Positions 40,701 through 52,247 of a stretch of DNA of 64,000 bases are shown piece by piece (position 1 is the stretch's first letter; the number at the start of each line of letters is the position of its first letter). Under the pieces are notes generated by a model. That model had not been told where the DNA came from, searched no databases, and saw nothing but the letters and a program-made list of their open reading frames with translations. The stretch comes from Bordetella parapertussis (GTDB taxonomy: Bacteria > Pseudomonadota > Gammaproteobacteria > Burkholderiales > SG8-39), in the NCBI GenBank assembly GCA_945862265.1, contig CAMAXP010000008.1, positions 543-64,542 on the forward strand, read 5' to 3'. The translations under genes were made by a program, and so were the position numbers.

Positions 40701-43387
40701 CCCGTGGTCGGTTCGTCGAACAGGAACAGCTTGCTCGAATGCGGCGTGTAGAGCGCACGCTGCGGCGGGTAGCGCTTGTCGCTGGTCTTGGCCGTCTCGG
40801 CCAAATGCCCGGCCAACTTGAGGCGCTGGGCTTCGCCGCCCGAGAGCGTGGGTACCGGCTGCCCGAGCCGCAGGTATTCGAGGCCGACATCGGCCAGCGG
40901 CTTCAGCACGCGCTGCACTTCGGCGTAGTCGCGGAAGAACTTGATCGCTTCCGACACCGTGAGTTCGAGCACGTCGGCGATCGACTTGTCGCGCACGATG
41001 ACTTCCAGCACCTCGCCGCGGAAGCGCTTGCCGTCGCAGTCCGGGCAGCGGAGGTAGACGTCGGAGAGGAACTGCATCTCCACGTGCTCGAAGCCGTTGC
41101 CGCCGCAGGTGGGGCAGCGGCCGTTGCCGGCGTTGAAGCTGAACGTGCCTGCCGTGTAGCCACGTTCCTTGGCGGTGTCCGATTTTGCGTAGATGTCGCG
41201 GATCGCGTCCCAGGCGCCGACGTAGCTGGCGGGGTTGGAGCGCGTGGTCTTGCCGATGGGCGACTGGTCGACCATGACCACCTCGGCCACGTGCTTGGCG
41301 CCACGCAATTCGCGGTGCTTGCCGGCCATTTCGGAAGGCTTGCCCTTGGACTTCAGCAGCGCTGCGTACAGGACGTCGTGGACGAGCGTGGACTTGCCCG
41401 ATCCCGAGACGCCGGTTACGCACACCAGCCGCTGCAGCGGGATCGTGACGTCGATGTTCTTGAGGTTGTGCTCTTCGGCGCCGAGGATCTCGAGGCTCGG
41501 CGCAGAGGGCAGCATGCGCGCGCGGCCTTCGGCCCAGGCCGCTTCGCCGGCGCGCTTGCGCCCGGAGAGGTACTCGGCGGTCAGCGTCTTGGATTGCCGC
41601 AGTTCGGTGGGCGGGCCGAAGAACACGATCTCGCCGCCGCGCTCGCCGGGGCCCGGGCCCATGTCCATGATCCGGTCGGCCTCGAACATGATCTGCGGGT
41701 CGTGCTCGACGACGACGAGCGAGTTGCCCGCGTCGCGCAGGCGCTTCATCACGTCGATGACGCGGCCCATGTCGCGCGGGTGCAGGCCGATGGAGGGCTC
41801 GTCCAGCACGAAGAGCGTATTGACGAGCGAGGTGCCCAGCGCCGTGGTCAGGTTGATGCGCTGGACCTCGCCCCCCGACAGCGTGCGCGACTGGCGATCC
41901 AGCGTCAGGTAGCCGAGGCCCACGGCATTGAGGAAGCGCAGCCGCGAGCGGATCTCGGTGACGAGCAGGTCTGTGGCCTCATCGAGCGGCGCGGGCAGCT
42001 GCAGCGTCTCCACAAAATCGCGGAGCGCGTCGATGGGCATCAGCATCAGGTCGTGGATCGACCTCTTGCCGGGCTCGAGCTTGTAGAGCAGGGCGTCGGG
42101 CTTGAGGCGCGTGCCGTTGCAGGCCGGGCAGGGCGTGTACGCGCGGTACTTCGAGAGCAGCACGCGGATGTGCATCTTGTACGCCTTGCTCTCCAGCCAG
42201 TGGAAGAAGCGCCGCACCCCGTACCAGATGCCGGGCCAGGAGGTCTTCCAGTCCACCCACTCAGGCTCGCCTTCGAGCACCCAGTGGCGGTGCTCGTCCT
42301 TCATCTCGCGCCAGGGGGTGTCGAGAGGGATGCCGCGCTTCTTCGCGTACTTCTCGATGTCGGTCTGGCATTCCTTGAAGCTCGGCGTCTGCCACGGGCG
42401 GATCGCGCCGTCGCGCAGGCTCTTGGTCTCGTCCGGGACGATCAGGCCGAAGTCGATGCCGATCACGCGGCCAAAGCCGCGGCAGGTGTCGCAGGCGCCG
42501 AGCGGCGAGTTGAAGGAGAACAGGCTCGGCACCGGCTCGCTGTAGTGGAAGTCGCAGTCCGGGCAGTGCAGGTCCGAGGAGTAGCGCCAGACTAAATCGG
42601 GGTCAGAGTCGATTTTCGTTGCGGTGGCGGCGCTTTCTGCAGTCGAGTCCGAAATCCGACTCTGCCCCCGATTTAGTTCGTCGTCCAATACAACGTATAC
42701 GCTGACCTTGCCTTGGCCCACGCGCAGCGCGGATTCCAGCGCCTCGCTGACGCGGGCCTTCTCGGCGTTGCCCATGCGCAGGCGGTCCTGCACTACTTCC
42801 AGCACGGTGCTGGAGCGCGCGTGGATGCGGGTGTAGCCCTGGTGCTCCAGCATCTGCATGACTTCGGCTTCGCTGAAGTTCTTGGGCACGGTGATCGGGA
42901 AGGTGATCACGAGGCGCGGGTCGTTCGCCGCGGCGGCGCGCTTGCACAGGTCCGCGTAGATCGCCTCGGGCGAGTCGCGCTTCACCGGCCGGCCGCAGCC
43001 GCGGCAGTAGAGCTGCGAGGCCCGTGCGAAGAGCAGCTTGATGTGGTCGTTCAGCTCCGTCATCGTGCCTACGGTGGAGCGCGAGGTGCGGACCTGGTTG
43101 GTCTGGTCGATCGCAATCGCGGGCGGGATGCCGTCGATGCGGTCCACCTGCGGCTTGTCCATGCGGTCGAGGAACTGCCGCGCGTACGGCGAGAAGGTCT
43201 CGACGTAGCGGCGCTGCCCCTCGGCGTAGAGGGTATCGAAGACGAGGGAGGACTTGCCCGAGCCCGAGACGCCGGTGACGACGACCAGTTCCCCGGTCGG
43301 GATCGTGACAGTCAGGTTCTTGAGGTTGTTCTGCCGGGCGCCGTGGATGACGATGGCGTTGGCGGGAGGCGATTGCGGCATTGCCAC
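37718..43387 (-). CDS. uvrA: Tandem-duplicated excinuclease ABC subunit A (UvrA-UvrA fusion, 1889 aa)
   Basis: Two complete UvrA-like units (aa ~1-950 and ~960-1889). Each has two ABC modules (four GVSGSGKS Walker A motifs, four LSGGE signatures) and Cys4 zinc modules. Confidence 0.9.
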   Translation of the reverse strand: MAMPQSPPANAIVIHGARQNNLKNLTVTIPTGELVVVTGVSGSGKSSLVFDTLYAEGQRRYVETFSPYARQFLDRMDKPQVDRIDGIPPAIAIDQTNQVRTSRSTVGTMTELNDHIKLLFARASQLYCRGCGRPVKRDSPEAIYADLCKRAAAANDPRLVITFPITVPKNFSEAEVMQMLEHQGYTRIHARSSTVLEVVQDRLRMGNAEKARVSEALESALRVGQGKVSVYVVLDDELNRGQSRISDSTAESAATATKIDSDPDLVWRYSSDLHCPDCDFHYSEPVPSLFSFNSPLGACDTCRGFGRVIGIDFGLIVPDETKSLRDGAIRPWQTPSFKECQTDIEKYAKKRGIPLDTPWREMKDEHRHWVLEGEPEWVDWKTSWPGIWYGVRRFFHWLESKAYKMHIRVLLSKYRAYTPCPACNGTRLKPDALLYKLEPGKRSIHDLMLMPIDALRDFVETLQLPAPLDEATDLLVTEIRSRLRFLNAVGLGYLTLDRQSRTLSGGEVQRINLTTALGTSLVNTLFVLDEPSIGLHPRDMGRVIDVMKRLRDAGNSLVVVEHDPQIMFEADRIMDMGPGPGERGGEIVFFGPPTELRQSKTLTAEYLSGRKRAGEAAWAEGRARMLPSAPSLEILGAEEHNLKNIDVTIPLQRLVCVTGVSGSGKSTLVHDVLYAALLKSKGKPSEMAGKHRELRGAKHVAEVVMVDQSPIGKTTRSNPASYVGAWDAIRDIYAKSDTAKERGYTAGTFSFNAGNGRCPTCGGNGFEHVEMQFLSDVYLRCPDCDGKRFRGEVLEVIVRDKSIADVLELTVSEAIKFFRDYAEVQRVLKPLADVGLEYLRLGQPVPTLSGGEAQRLKLAGHLAETAKTSDKRYPPQRALYTPHSSKLFLFDEPTTGLHFDDVAKLLRAFRQLLGAGHSLVVIEHNLDVISASDWIIDLGPEGGEAGGMIVAVGTPLDIATNPASHTGVALKAYEEALTNPATSGILREMPLQTRLLSNNISIHNAREHNLKNIDVEIPRGRFTVVTGVSGSGKSTLAFDIIFAEGQRRYLESLNAYARQFVQPAARPDVDAIFGIPPTVAIEQRTSRGGRKSTVATLTEIYHFLRLMYVKLGTQYCPDCDVPIEPQTEDAIVARLMRDYKGQRIGLLAPLVMNRKGFYTDLAKWARGKGYTHLRVDGEFMSTAAWPRLDRFKEHTLELPVSDLRVTAENEAMLRRELAKALEFGKGVVHVLSDLDALVKAASKSKAPLVEMQLHQQVFSTKRACPSCARSFAELDPRLFSFNSKHGWCATCYGTGLKLTGIDWDAEREKSGTEDHVLDSWLEWLEVEEACPTCDGKRLNTEALAVRYHDRSIADFTALSVGKIRAIVKDMKLAGRDEEIARDLLAELRSRLGFLEEVGLGYLSLDRSAPTLSGGEAQRIRLAAQLGSNLRGVCYILDEPTIGLHPRDNRILLDVLEKLEAKGNTLVVVEHDEDTIRRAHHVLDLGPGAGRLGGRVIAEGSADDLMANPESLTGRFLKSPLRHPIHPRRAVAKSTPSIEIGGATLHNLRNVSARVPLGRLTVVTGVSGSGKSTLARDVLHTNLAKLVAERRAKSDVPLKGCKTLKGAEGVGRVLEVDQTPIGKTPRSCPATYVGFWDSIRRIFAEANESRMRGWTASRFSFNTKGGRCEACEGQGVQRIEMSFLPDVRVLCDVCNGQRFNAETLSVKWRDKSIGDILAMNIDEGVEFFAAHTSIHHALRLMQDVGLGYLTLGQQSPTLSGGEAQRIKLVTELSKVRIDANGNALARPGRAGELAHTLYVLDEPTVGLHMADVEKLIHVLHRLVDSGNSVVVIEHNLDIMAEADWIIDLGPEGGDAGGKVVAQASPEALAATPAQSHTARVLAEFLAERGN
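42592..42676. repeat. Palindromic MITE/REP-like element inserted in frame in uvrA
   Basis: The termini CTAAATCGGGGTCAGAGTCGATTT and AAATCCGACTCTGCCCCCGATTTAG are inverted repeats with 2 differences. The element is translated as [28 protein letters not shown]. Its termini recur at 58982..59073. Confidence 0.6.
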
Positions 43388-43481
43388 ATTCTAGCCGGGG
43401 GCGGGCCCATGCGCCCGAAACCGGCCGTGGACCGAGGGCAATGGTGAAAGAGTGTCAGGATTGCGTCCGGAGTGTGACTTA

Positions 43482-43497
43482 CTGCACATCCGGACAG
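43482..43497. promoter_or_regulatory. Candidate LexA (SOS) box in the uvrA / peptide-operon divergent intergenic region
   Basis: TACTGCACATCCGGACAGGA contains CTGC-N8-ACAG, one mismatch from the CTGT-N8-ACAG consensus. On the uvrA strand it reads CTGT-N8-GCAG. Confidence 0.35.
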
Positions 43498-43505
43498 GAA
43501 TCAGG

Positions 43506-43535
43506 TTGACCCACGATACCTCTTGTTCATACAAT
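43506..43535 (+). promoter_or_regulatory. Strong sigma-70-type promoter of the peptide operon
   Basis: TTGACC (43506-43511), an 18-bp spacer, then TACAAT (43530-43535). It sits in a locally A+T-rich stretch about 50 nt upstream of the ATG at 43588. Confidence 0.55.
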
Positions 43536-43587
43536 TAGATAAGAGATTTCAAACGGTACTGCCACTAACCCCGGGGGGGGGCAACAA

Positions 43588-43827
43588 ATGCGCAATTTGA
43601 CGCCAGAAGAGATGCTGCAGGTAAGTGGTGGCCGCGGCCGCCACCGCGGGCGCGGTTCGTACGGCAGCGGTCATGGAAGCAACCACGGCAGCAGCCACGG
43701 CAGCAGTCATGGAAGCAGCCACGGCAGCGGATGCGGCGGTACCACCGTCACGCCGCCGCCCCCGCCGCCGCCGCCCACGGGCGGTGGAACCGGTGGTGGC
43801 ACCGGTTACGGCACGTCGACGCCCTGA
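43588..43827 (+). CDS. Double-glycine-leader precursor peptide (79 aa) with His/Gly/Ser-repeat, Pro8 and Gly/Thr-rich core
   Basis: MRNLTPEEMLQVSGG fits the GG-leader pattern (V-4, M-7, E-8, L-12). A promoter and a G-rich SD lie upstream. A C39-peptidase ABC exporter, an MFP and an OMF are encoded immediately downstream. Confidence 0.75.
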   Translation: MRNLTPEEMLQVSGGRGRHRGRGSYGSGHGSNHGSSHGSSHGSSHGSGCGGTTVTPPPPPPPPTGGGTGGGTGYGTSTP

Positions 43828-43901
43828 ACCGCGTCCCGGACCTCCGGCCCCTGGCAGCGCAGGGTATGCTCCACTCCTAGCGCTGCCGGCCGAGATCCCA
43901 G

Positions 43902-43928
43902 AAAAGCCGCAGAAATGCGGCTTTTTTT
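43902..43928 (+). terminator. Intra-operon rho-independent terminator/attenuator between the precursor gene and the export genes
   Basis: AAAAGCCGCA-GAAA-TGCGGCTTTTTTT: a 7-bp GC stem extendable by A:U pairs, a GAAA tetraloop and a T7 run that ends at the ATG of the next gene (43929). Confidence 0.65.
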
Positions 43929-45293
43929 ATGCCCGAACCCTCCCGCTTCCCCGCCCTGATTGCCGCCGGCCTGTGCATGGCCATGATGGGGGCTGCCGGC
44001 TCCGGGCGCGCACAGTCCCCGGCGCTGGCCTTGAAGCCCGCGCCAGCCTTGCCGTCGGGTCCTACCCGACTGTCCGAGCTGGCGGCTCGCGCCCTGGAGG
44101 TACAGCCGGTCATCCGCGGCGCTGAAGCCCGCGAGCGCGCCGACGATGAACGGCTCGAGCAGGCGAGGGGCGCCTTGCGACTCAACGTTGCCGGCGCGCT
44201 GGGGTATCGCCGCGAATTCGCCAATTCCGGCTTCACCGTGCCCTACAGCTCCTCCTATTCGGCCGTGCAGTTCGCCCTCCCACTGTACCGCCCGCAATCC
44301 GACGCAGGGGTCGTGCAGGCCCAGTCGCAGCGCGAAACCTCGCGGTTTGCGCGATTCGAAACCCAGCGTGACGTGCTGTCCAAGCTCGCCGAGACCTTCC
44401 TCGCGGCCGCCCAGTCCGATGCCGAAGCGGGCCTGCTCGAGCAGGAGCGGGCATTGCTGCTGCAACAGCGCACGCTGAACGAACGCCGCATGGCGGGCGG
44501 CGTCGGCACCAGCGTCGAAGTCATGGAGACCGCGGCTCGCGCCGATTCGCTGCTGGCCCAGGTCCAGGGCGCGCAAGGCAGCTACCTGATGCAACTGGCC
44601 GACATCGGGCGCCTTGCCGGCGTCCCGGTGGTGCGCGTCGAGCGCGTTCGCGAGGCCGAGCCGCCCTATGTCGTGCCCGGTAACGTTGCGGCGGCGCTGG
44701 CACTGGCACGTGAGCGCAGCGCCTCGCTGGCGCGCCTCAACGCGACGGTTGCGCTGGCGCGCGCCACTGCAGAGTTCCAGCGTGCCGGCGTCAGCCCGAC
44801 GATCGACCTCGTCGGGAACTACGACCTCGGCCGCTCCCTGGTGAGCGGCGTCCCCCAGTCCCTGCCGTCCACGTCCCTCGGCGTCCAGCTTGCGGTACCC
44901 TTGTGGACGGGGGGCATCGCAGGCGCGCGGGTACGCGAGGCGCTGGCGCTGGCCGAAAAGGCGGAGGCGGACCTGAAAGACGCGGAGTGGGTGCTCGAGG
45001 CGGAATTGCGCAAGGCGTACTTCGACCTTGAGCGCAACCAGAAACAGTGGCGGACGCAGGCCGGCGCCCTGGAGATCGCGATGCAGGCCTACACGGCGAC
45101 ACGCAAGGCGTTCGAAGCCGGCGTGCGCAGCAACATCGACCTCCTCAATTCGCAGCAGCTGACTTTCTCGGCGCGACGGGAGGCGCTGCGCGCGCGAGTC
45201 GCCATCCTGCTCGCCCAGGTGCGCATCCTCGCGCTGAGCGAGACCCTGAACGTGGAATTCCTGGCGCGGCTCGACCCCGCGTTCGGCGACTGA
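43929..45293 (+). CDS. TolC-family outer membrane efflux protein (type I secretion OMF)
   Basis: 454 aa with a signal peptide and two OEP-type repeats (L.A...A..YRPQ... and VPLWTGG...). First export gene after the precursor. Confidence 0.85.
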   Translation: MPEPSRFPALIAAGLCMAMMGAAGSGRAQSPALALKPAPALPSGPTRLSELAARALEVQPVIRGAEARERADDERLEQARGALRLNVAGALGYRREFANSGFTVPYSSSYSAVQFALPLYRPQSDAGVVQAQSQRETSRFARFETQRDVLSKLAETFLAAAQSDAEAGLLEQERALLLQQRTLNERRMAGGVGTSVEVMETAARADSLLAQVQGAQGSYLMQLADIGRLAGVPVVRVERVREAEPPYVVPGNVAAALALARERSASLARLNATVALARATAEFQRAGVSPTIDLVGNYDLGRSLVSGVPQSLPSTSLGVQLAVPLWTGGIAGARVREALALAEKAEADLKDAEWVLEAELRKAYFDLERNQKQWRTQAGALEIAMQAYTATRKAFEAGVRSNIDLLNSQQLTFSARREALRARVAILLAQVRILALSETLNVEFLARLDPAFGD

Positions 45294-45309
45294 CCGGGAT
45301 GGGCGGCGC

Positions 45310-46557
45310 ATGAGCGACCTGTTCCGCCCCGAGGCCATCCAGGCCAGGCAGAACCGCTGGGCGGGCGACGCGGCGACCATCCGGCCGGTTTCGGCATGGA
45401 AGACAGTGGCGTTCCTCTCGCTGCTGTCGATCGGCGCCATTGCGTTCCTGTTCGTCGGGTCGTACACGAAGAAAGAAAGGGTGTCCGGCGTGGTCATGGC
45501 GGCCGACGGCGTGGTCCGCCTGCGCGCACCGGAGCTTTCCGTGATTTCCGCGGTGCTGGTCAAGGACGGGCAGGAAGTGAAGGCGGGGGACCCCATCGCC
45601 GAGCTGTCGCGCGAGCGCTTCAGCGACGCCGGCGCGACGGTTGCGCTGGTGGACCAGAGCCTCGGCCGGCAGCGCGCGCAGATCGAGCAGCAGGTGCGCG
45701 AGCAGAAGGGGGCGGCGGTGGCCGGCATCGCGGCGATTCGCGACCGTATCGCGCGAGCGCAGAAGGACATGCTCACGGTCGACGAGGAGATCCGCCTGCA
45801 GGGGGAGCTGATCTCCTCCGCGCAACGCATGGTCGCCAACCTCAAGCCGCTGGCCGAGGAGAAGATCATCTCCGACCTGCAATACCAGCAGCAGCTGAAC
45901 CAGTTGATCGACCAGCGCGCCCGCCTCGAGACGCTGAAGCGCACCCGCCAGGGTCTGGTTTCCGAAGTCGCCACCTCGCAAAGCGACCTCGTCGCGCTGC
46001 AGGCAAAGGCGGCGGCCGAGGTGGCCGGCGTAGAGCGCACGGCGCTCGCGCTCGACCAGGACCGCCTGCAGCGGCGCACCGACAGCGTGACCCAGCTCCG
46101 CGCGCCAGTGTCCGGCACCGTGACGTCGCTGGTCGGCGCGGTCGGGCACCGGGTCGATCCCGCCACGCCGATTGCGACGATCGTGCCGGCCGGGGCGAAG
46201 CTGCAGGCCCTGCTGTTCGTGCCGAGCAGCGCGGTCGGGTTCATCAAGATCGGGCAGCGCGTGGCGGTGCGCTACGACGCGTTCCCGTTCGAGAAGTTCG
46301 GCCAGTACGCCGGCACCATCGTCAAGGTGTCCGAGGTCGACGTGCCGGCCGCCGAACTCGAGCTGCCCATCGTCGTGAAGGAAAAGAGCACGCTGTACCG
46401 CGTGCGGGTGGAGCTCGACCGGGACTCGGTCGATGCCTACGGCGCGCCGGTGCGGCTGCGGCCGGGGCTCAGCCTCGCTGCGGACATCGAGCTGGACCGC
46501 CGCACCCTCATCCACTGGGTCTTCGACCCGCTGTTCGCGCTCGGCAAGCGCTTGTAG
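45310..46557 (+). CDS. HlyD/CvaA-family membrane fusion protein of a bacteriocin type I secretion system
   Basis: LFRPEAIQARQNRWAGDA... parallels colicin V CvaA (FRQDALENRKMKWQGRA). One N-terminal TM segment, a coiled-coil middle, and C-terminal RYDAFPFEKFGQYAGTI (CvaA has RYEAFPAEKFGQF). Confidence 0.9.
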   Translation: MSDLFRPEAIQARQNRWAGDAATIRPVSAWKTVAFLSLLSIGAIAFLFVGSYTKKERVSGVVMAADGVVRLRAPELSVISAVLVKDGQEVKAGDPIAELSRERFSDAGATVALVDQSLGRQRAQIEQQVREQKGAAVAGIAAIRDRIARAQKDMLTVDEEIRLQGELISSAQRMVANLKPLAEEKIISDLQYQQQLNQLIDQRARLETLKRTRQGLVSEVATSQSDLVALQAKAAAEVAGVERTALALDQDRLQRRTDSVTQLRAPVSGTVTSLVGAVGHRVDPATPIATIVPAGAKLQALLFVPSSAVGFIKIGQRVAVRYDAFPFEKFGQYAGTIVKVSEVDVPAAELELPIVVKEKSTLYRVRVELDRDSVDAYGAPVRLRPGLSLAADIELDRRTLIHWVFDPLFALGKRL

Positions 46558-46566
46558 GCGACCACG

Positions 46567-49976
<3,410 letters not shown>

Positions 49977-49980
<4 letters not shown>

Positions 49981-50855
49981 GCGAAGCCCCCCTTTGTGCC
50001 GCCCACGACCCGAACCCGCGCAAGCCCAAGCTCGCGCTCCCGCCGCTCGCCTGCGACACGCACGCGCACGTGTGCGGGCCGGAGTCGCGATACCCCTATT
50101 GGTCCGGGCGCATCTACACGCCGCCCGACGCGCTGCCCGCGCAGTACCGGTACATGCTGCGTACCCTGGGTGTCGAGCGCTCGGTCTTGGTGCAGCCGAG
50201 CGTCTACGGGTCGGATAACCGGGCGATGCTGGACGCGCTGGCCGCCGACCCGGTGAGCCAGCGCGCGGTGGCGGTGGTCGAGCCGGACATTGCCTACGCC
50301 GAACTCGAGCGCATGCACGCGCTGGGCGTGCGCGGGGTCCGCTGCAACATCGTCGACATCAAGGAGGGCAAGGGACGCTTGCCGATCGAGATGTTGAAGG
50401 CCCTCGCCGACAAAGTGCGGCCGCTGGGCTGGCACCTCGAGTTCCTGATGCACGTTGACGAGTTCCCCGACCTCGACCGCGTGCTGGACGGTTTCCCGGT
50501 CGACGTGGTGTTCGGGCACCTGGGTTACATGAAGACGTCGCTGGGGATCTCCGCGCCGGGGTACCAGGCTTTCCTGCGTCTCATGAAGTCGGGGCGCGCC
50601 TGGGCCAAGCTCACCGGGCCGTACCGGATCTCGGCCCATCCCATGCCGTATGCCGACGTCGCTTCTTTTGCCCACGCGCTGGTCGAGGCCGCGCCCGACC
50701 GCATCGTGTGGGGCACCGACTGGCCGCACGTGGCCGTCAAGGGCGCGATGCCCAACGACGGCGACATCTGCGACCTGCTGTTGGACTGGGTGCCGGACGA
50801 GGCTGCCCGTCGCAAGGTGCTCGTGGACAACCCGGCGAAGCTCTACGGGTTCTAA
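49977..50855 (+). CDS. Amidohydrolase_2-family (LigI-like TIM-barrel) metal-dependent hydrolase
   Basis: MSEAPLCAAH...ACDTHAHV (HxH motif)...VFGHLGY...VWGTDWPH. Its ATG overlaps the ABC::GT stop (ATGA at 49977-49980). Confidence 0.8.
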
Positions 50856-50862
50856 CCGCTTC

Positions 50863-51933
50863 ATGCGCAGGATCCTGCACCTCGACATGGACGCCTTTTA
50901 TGCGTCCGTCGAACTGCTGAAGCGCCCCGACCTGCGCGGCAAGCCCGTGGTGATCGGCGGCCGCGGCGATCCCGAGAGCCGCGGGGTCGTCTCCACCTGC
51001 ACCTACGAGGCGCGCGCTTTCGGCATCCGTTCCGCGATGCCCATGCGTACGGCTAAAAAACTCTGTCCCGACGCGATCTTCCTTCCGACCGACTTCGCGG
51101 CCTATCGCCACTGGTCCCATGTCTTCAAGTCAGAGATGCGAGCTTTGTCCCCTTTGTTCGAGGACCGCGGCATCGACGAGGCCTACCTCGACGTGACCGA
51201 CGTGCCGGGCGATTCGGAAGCCATCGGGCGCGACCTGAAGGAGCGCGTGCACTCTGCTACCGGCATGACGTGCTCGCTCGCAATCGCGCCGAACAAGCTG
51301 CTCGCCAAGCTCGGCTCGGAACTCGACAAGCCCGACGGGCTCACGATCCTTGGCTTGGAAGACATCCTCACGCGCATCTGGCCGCTGGACGTTCGCAAGC
51401 TCCAGGGCGTGGGACCCAAGGCCGAGGAGAAGCTGAAGGCGCTTGGCTACCTCACCATCGGCGACATTGCCGCCGTGCCGCGCGAAAAGCTGCGCGAGTC
51501 TTTCGGCGAGTCTTACTCGCGGCATTTGCATGAGACTTCCAACGGCCGCGACGAACGTCCGGTCGTCACCTACCGCGAGCCCAAGTCCATCAGCGCCGAG
51601 ACCACCTTCGAGGAGGACACGCGCGAGTGGCAGGTCATCGCCAAGGTGCTCGCGCGGTATGCCAAGCGCGTCGCGGACGAGCTGAAGGAGAAGGGGTATC
51701 TGTGCTGGACCGTGGGGATCAAGCTGCGGTTTACCGGGTTCGAGCTCGTGACTCGGGACAAGACGCTGCCGGTGGCGACGGATGACCCGCTGGTGATCCG
51801 GAATGCCGTGTTCGAGTGCTTGGAGCGGGTGGAGCTGAAGAAGAAGGTGCGGTTGCTGGGGGTAAGGCTGACGGAGTTGAGGCGGGCGGGGGAGGAGGAG
51901 AAGGTGGGCGGGGAGCAGCTGGAGTTGTTGTGA
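50863..51933 (+). CDS. dinB: DNA polymerase IV
   Basis: MRRILHLDMDAFYASVELLKRPDLRGKPVVIGG... is the Y-family polymerase signature. It starts 7 nt after the amidohydrolase stop. Confidence 0.93.
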   Translation: MRRILHLDMDAFYASVELLKRPDLRGKPVVIGGRGDPESRGVVSTCTYEARAFGIRSAMPMRTAKKLCPDAIFLPTDFAAYRHWSHVFKSEMRALSPLFEDRGIDEAYLDVTDVPGDSEAIGRDLKERVHSATGMTCSLAIAPNKLLAKLGSELDKPDGLTILGLEDILTRIWPLDVRKLQGVGPKAEEKLKALGYLTIGDIAAVPREKLRESFGESYSRHLHETSNGRDERPVVTYREPKSISAETTFEEDTREWQVIAKVLARYAKRVADELKEKGYLCWTVGIKLRFTGFELVTRDKTLPVATDDPLVIRNAVFECLERVELKKKVRLLGVRLTELRRAGEEEKVGGEQLELL

Positions 51934-52185
51934 ATTTGGAAGAATGTTTTGGAAAGTCCGCTCTGGGAGGGGGTTTCCGAGGTATTTTTTGTCGGTACCA
52001 GTACATTTACTCCTAAATTCTGATTGACATCCTGCCGTCTTTCTGTCGGAGGCGGTGATCGGGGGAAGTGCATGCCTGCGCGGGGATTGTGGTTTCCGGC
52101 AAGCAGGCATAAGGTGCTGAATGCATGGACAGTTGAAGTTGAGGGTGCGAATCTAAAAGTGAGATGCGAGCGGGGTTCAGGGAGC

Positions 52186-52218
52186 GTCAACTAAAAAATG
52201 TCATCTAAAAATGTCAAC
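52186..52218 (+). repeat. A-tract direct repeats upstream of the orphan nuclease-like gene
   Basis: GTCAACTAAAAAATGTCATCTAAAAATGTCAAC: two CTAAAAA(A)TGTCA units flanked by GTCAAC, 30-60 nt upstream of the ATG at 52248. Confidence 0.35.
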
Positions 52219-52247
52219 CAAATCTAGTTAGCAAGCAGAAGAATCCG

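Noticed and set aside
43664-43800. Short tandem repeats (12-nt HGSS units, the CCG run, GGT/GGC repeats) that at first looked like a micro-array or satellite
   Set aside because: The periodicity is a multiple of 3 and lies inside a supported coding frame. There are no spacers or CRISPR-like repeat architecture, and no cas genes are in the window.
43625-44125. 166-aa ORF overlapping the precursor peptide gene in another frame and running into the TolC-like gene
   Set aside because: It is Ala/Arg/Pro-rich, crosses the terminator hairpin, and has no RBS. The GG-leader frame is supported by the promoter, the SD and the downstream exporter.
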